A DNA stretch of 64,000 nt from Monocercomonoides exilis PA203 (Eukaryota; Protista; Preaxostyla), in NCBI GenBank assembly GCA_001643675.2, contig LSRY02000006.1, positions 1,178,001-1,242,000 of the forward strand. The letters are read 5' to 3'. The position numbers and the translations under genes are program-made. Below the pieces are notes generated by a model. That model was not told where the DNA came from. It did not search any database and saw only the letters and a list, made by a program, of their open reading frames with translations. Positions 62,689-64,000 of this stretch are shown piece by piece; position 1 is the first letter of the stretch, and every line of letters begins with the position of its first letter.

Positions 62689-63738
62689 TCGGCAAGATGA
62701 GAATTTTTTGTTTATCATATATTCTTTGATATTATTTTCCAAATTTTGGTAAATTCCTTTTGAATGATTCTTTGTTTACAAAATCATTTGATTCATTTTT
62801 CAGAAATGTGGATATTTTTGTATCTTTTGATGAAGTTTTCCACTTCAGCTTACGTTCTTTTGTATAATTTTCTTTCTTCCATTCACCTTTCAAACGAAGC
62901 ACATTGATTTTCGTTGCTTTGCTAGTTTATTTGACTTTTTGTGAATCTGTTGTAAATTGTAGCTATTAACTTTTCATTTGAATCGAGTCAACAATTTTGA
63001 AAGATAAATGAAGACTTTAATTATCGTTTCTATTTTGTTTGTTCGTTTGACACTTATGAAGTGAATGCAATTTATTATTAATTGAATTTCATCTTCGCTC
63101 AGTAGAAGAAACAATAAAGGAGGCTTTTTTATAGCGATCAACACATATTTATTTTTTTTGTTGTTTTAAAATTAATAAAACTTGATAATACATATTCTCG
63201 TTTTCAAAATATGTCCTTAATTTAAAGATAAAAATCTAATGATTCTCTTTGTGGTAATAATGGTTATTTTGAAGAGATAAAGAAAATTTCTTAGCATTTA
63301 TTCTATAAAGATCATTATTTCTTTTTTAATTGAAAAATATGATATTAATAAATTTATCTCCGAATTCTTTTAAAAAAATATTTATTTTATCAGATTTGTA
63401 TAAAAGCTGAATAAGCTCAAAATTAAAAAATCACAAAATAATAACGCAAAAACTAAAAATTAATAAATGGACTGTGCAGAAAAAATCCACTAAAAGTGTT
63501 TGGGAATTACTCTGATATAAGTATCTAAAAAGAATTTTGAGAATTAAAATGAAAAGGCTCGAAATCGAACCAAAATATCAAAATTTACAAATTTATAAAT
63601 AATTTATTCTGAAAAATAATCCTGAAAAGATAAAAAAAACTCCTCAAAAACAGTAAACATTTTGGCCTTCTTTCTCCATTTTGGCCAAACTTCACAAAAC
63701 TTCAAAAATAAAAATGTAAAAATGAAAATAAAAATAAT

Positions 63739-63830
<92 letters not shown>

Positions 63831-64000
63831 AAAAAAAAAGAAAGAAAGAAAGAAAAAAAGAAAGAAAAGAAAAGAAAAAGAAAAGAAAAGAAAAGAAAAG
63901 AAAAGAAAAGAAAAGAAAAGAAAAGAAAAGAAAAGAAAAGAAAAGAAAAGAAAAGAAAAGAAAAGAAAAGAAAAGAAAAGAAAAGAAAAGAAAAGAAAAG
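63739..64000. repeat. Compound purine microsatellite, (GAAA)n changing to (GAAAA)n, running off the window end
   Basis: Directly visible: tetramer array to ~63830, a mixed junction, then a pentamer array from ~63860 to 64000. Confidence 0.97.

Noticed and set aside
1-64000. Alternative genetic code (TAA/TAG=Gln or TGA=Trp)
   Set aside because: The reconstructed genes end at TAA or TGA, and very long ORFs are open in the standard code. The only in-frame TGA at a Trp position is in an already frameshifted transposase.
63739-64000. Telomere or CRISPR array
   Set aside because: It has no TTAGGG-like unit and no spacers; it is a simple microsatellite.

Overview
Gene-dense eukaryotic (protist) nuclear DNA. 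It uses the standard genetic code, has short AT-rich GT-AG introns (about 45-250 nt), and encodes proteins inflated by Ser-, EK- and acidic low-complexity inserts. The style resembles oxymonad (Monocercomonoides-like) genomes; this is an inference and is not provable from the window. I reconstructed spliced gene models by hand. In order: a hypothetical helical protein (+); a type II thioesterase (-) head-to-head with Integrator endonuclease INTS11 (+); meiotic MSH4 (-) with a ~660-aa C-terminal extension, head-to-head with a ~2570-aa TmcB/TmcC-like polytopic membrane protein that ends in a hemerythrin-like di-iron domain (+); an ~8040-aa protein (-) whose N-terminal C2H2 zinc fingers lie in small exons missed by the ORF track, followed by WD40 repeats and one ~23.9-kb exon; a complete but inactivated Merlin (IS1595/ISXO2-like) DNA transposon with 29-bp TIRs and an 8-bp TSD; a large NEK kinase with ARM-like and SPRY-like regions (+); two hypothetical multi-exon genes; tRNA-Arg(UCU); and a terminal (GAAA)n/(GAAAA)n purine tract. 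The best novelty candidates are the membrane receptor-hemerythrin fusion (a possible O2/NO/iron sensor) and the giant zinc-finger/WD40 protein.
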